Part shown: positions 7,037 through 8,007 of the stretch, piece after piece
How positions within the stretch are numbered: the first letter of the stretch is position 1
Layout of the letters: each line of letters opens with the position of its first letter
Notes under the pieces: generated by a model
The model's input: only the letters and a program-made list of their open reading frames with translations
Told to the model about the DNA's origin: nothing
Database searches by the model: none
DNA from: a virus
Taxonomy: Duplodnaviria > Heunggongvirae > Uroviricota > Caudoviricetes
Reading direction: 5' to 3' (one strand)
DNA length: 8,007 nt
IMG/VR virus record: IMGVR_UViG_2529292835_000021
Program-made: the position numbers and the translations under genes

Positions 7037-7336
7037 AAGGTGAACAATCCACTGTTCACCCTTCACCGTATATTCACCCGTTATCACACTGAAATTAAAA
7101 GAGAAAAATGAAAGGTGAACAGTGTGAACAATCAAATCAAAAAAAACTTTTTTTCTCCCTGTGTGATTTCAGTACGGGGGATTAATCACCGGTATGAGTC
7201 ACACCGGCAGAATGCCGGAGGTGAAGAATCGAATGTTCACCCTTCACCCATTATTCACCACCTATCAAACTGAAATAAAAGGAGAAAACAGAAAGGTGAA
7301 CAGTGTGAACAGTTCTTTCGAAAAAAAACTTTTTTC
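7037..7336. repeat. crr: crr-like cis replication region: two ~119-bp direct repeats with 181-bp period, each carrying TGTTCACC/GGTGAACA iterons
   Basis: Unit A 7037-7155 and unit B 7218-7336 align along their length with scattered mismatches, separated by a 62-bp spacer. Each has GGTGAACA/TGTTCACC copies (A: 7039-7046, 7053-7060, 7114-7121; B: 7234-7241, 7295-7302) plus degenerate variants and ends in an A8-C-T6/7 tract. Matches the P4 crr description (two ~120-bp repeats ~60 bp apart). Confidence 0.8.
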
Positions 7337-7596
7337 TTATTTTTAATTGTGCGAAAAACAAGCGATGCGCGCAGTGTGTATAGATATGTGTATAGTTATA
7401 TTTTTTGAATATAATAATCTATTATAAATCAATGCGTTAACTTGCAATATTCATTCCTATTATCGCACCATTAAAATCAAAGAGTTACCCCATATTTAAA
7501 TACACCACGTTTCCTCCTGTGCCGCATTTGTGCCATTGTAACCTTGGCAATTCATCAAAATACTGTTCTGACATCAGGCAGTGCAGGTGCAGCTAT

Positions 7597-8007
7597 TTAA
7601 ACCAATTGCTGCCGCCATTCTTTGACGTAGTCAATCAGGGCGCGGAGCTTTGGTGCAATATTGCGACGCTGTGGGAAATACAGATAGAAGCCCGGAAATT
7701 GTGGAAGAAAGTCATCAAGCAGCGATACAAGCTTACCGCTTTCAATATATGGCCTGAAAGTTTCCTGAGTGGCAATTGTTATTCCTCCGCCGGCAAGAGC
7801 CAGCCTCAACATCAGACGCAGATCATTAGTCGTAATCTGCGGTTCGATCGCAAGGTCGAAAGTTCTCCCGTTTTCTTCAAATGGCCAGCGATAAGGCGCA
7901 ACCTCCGGGGACTGACGCCAGCCGATACACTTATGGGTATTTCCCCCGGAGGCGAGAAAGCGCTCTCCACGCCCGGCCGCAAGGATCAGGACGACGGGGG
8001 CAGGCAT
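7597..8007 (-). CDS. LysR-family transcriptional regulator, C-terminal effector-binding domain (partial; N-terminal HTH beyond window edge)
   Basis: Translation has typical LysR C-terminal features (RLMLRLALAGGGITIATQETF...GKLVSLLDDF...PGFYLYFPQRRNIAPKLRALIDYV); stop at 7597-7599. The ATG at the window edge is probably a coincidence, since LysR proteins are ~300 aa. Convergent with alpha and outside the P4-like block. Confidence 0.8.
   Translation of the reverse strand: MPAPVVLILAAGRGERFLASGGNTHKCIGWRQSPEVAPYRWPFEENGRTFDLAIEPQITTNDLRLMLRLALAGGGITIATQETFRPYIESGKLVSLLDDFLPQFPGFYLYFPQRRNIAPKLRALIDYVKEWRQQLV

Noticed and set aside
7081-7089. DnaA box (ttatcacac) within crr
   Set aside because: Differs from the TTATCCACA consensus at two positions and is not repeated in unit B (ctatcaaac); likely chance.
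7337-7596. tRNA gene or tRNA 3'-end att core at the element boundary
   Set aside because: No cloverleaf-compatible sequence and no match to the leuX 3' end on either strand; only a 6-nt GCACCA at 7465-7470, which is too short to call.
8005-8007. ATG at the window edge as the true start of the 136-aa minus-strand ORF
   Set aside because: The translation is only the effector-binding half of a LysR-type regulator; the HTH domain must lie beyond the window, so the edge ATG is coincidental.

Overview
This window reads as the conserved core of a satellite-phage P4-type element (a P2-dependent satellite), in reverse orientation to the conventional P4 map, ending at a junction with a chromosomal LysR-family regulator gene. 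No database search was possible; identifications rest on motifs visible in the sequence, exact length agreement with P4 proteins, and recalled P4 literature. Left to right: a P2/P4-type cos site (19-37) followed by three hairpin/T-run elements; the late operon psu-delta-sid on the minus strand (190/166/244 aa); two divergent Delta/Ogr-type TGT-N12-ACA sites flanking six TGTTCACC iterons (ori-like); then on the plus strand vis (AlpA-like), nested eta/kil with an immunity-RNA region (complementary seqA/seqB/seqC blocks), epsilon, orf151, cnr and the alpha primase-helicase, followed by crr (two ~119-bp iteron-bearing direct repeats). The main anomaly is that alpha is split into three frame segments by two 1-nt frame changes about 65 bp apart at the start of the TOPRIM domain; restoring one nucleotide at each site gives exactly 777 codons, the length I recall for P4 alpha. 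This is either a genuinely inactivated primase or two sequencing errors. I found no integrase, tRNA, CRISPR array or defence cassette in the window; the variable cargo position of P4-like satellites (between cos and int) would lie beyond the left edge, and I do not see a previously undescribed system here.
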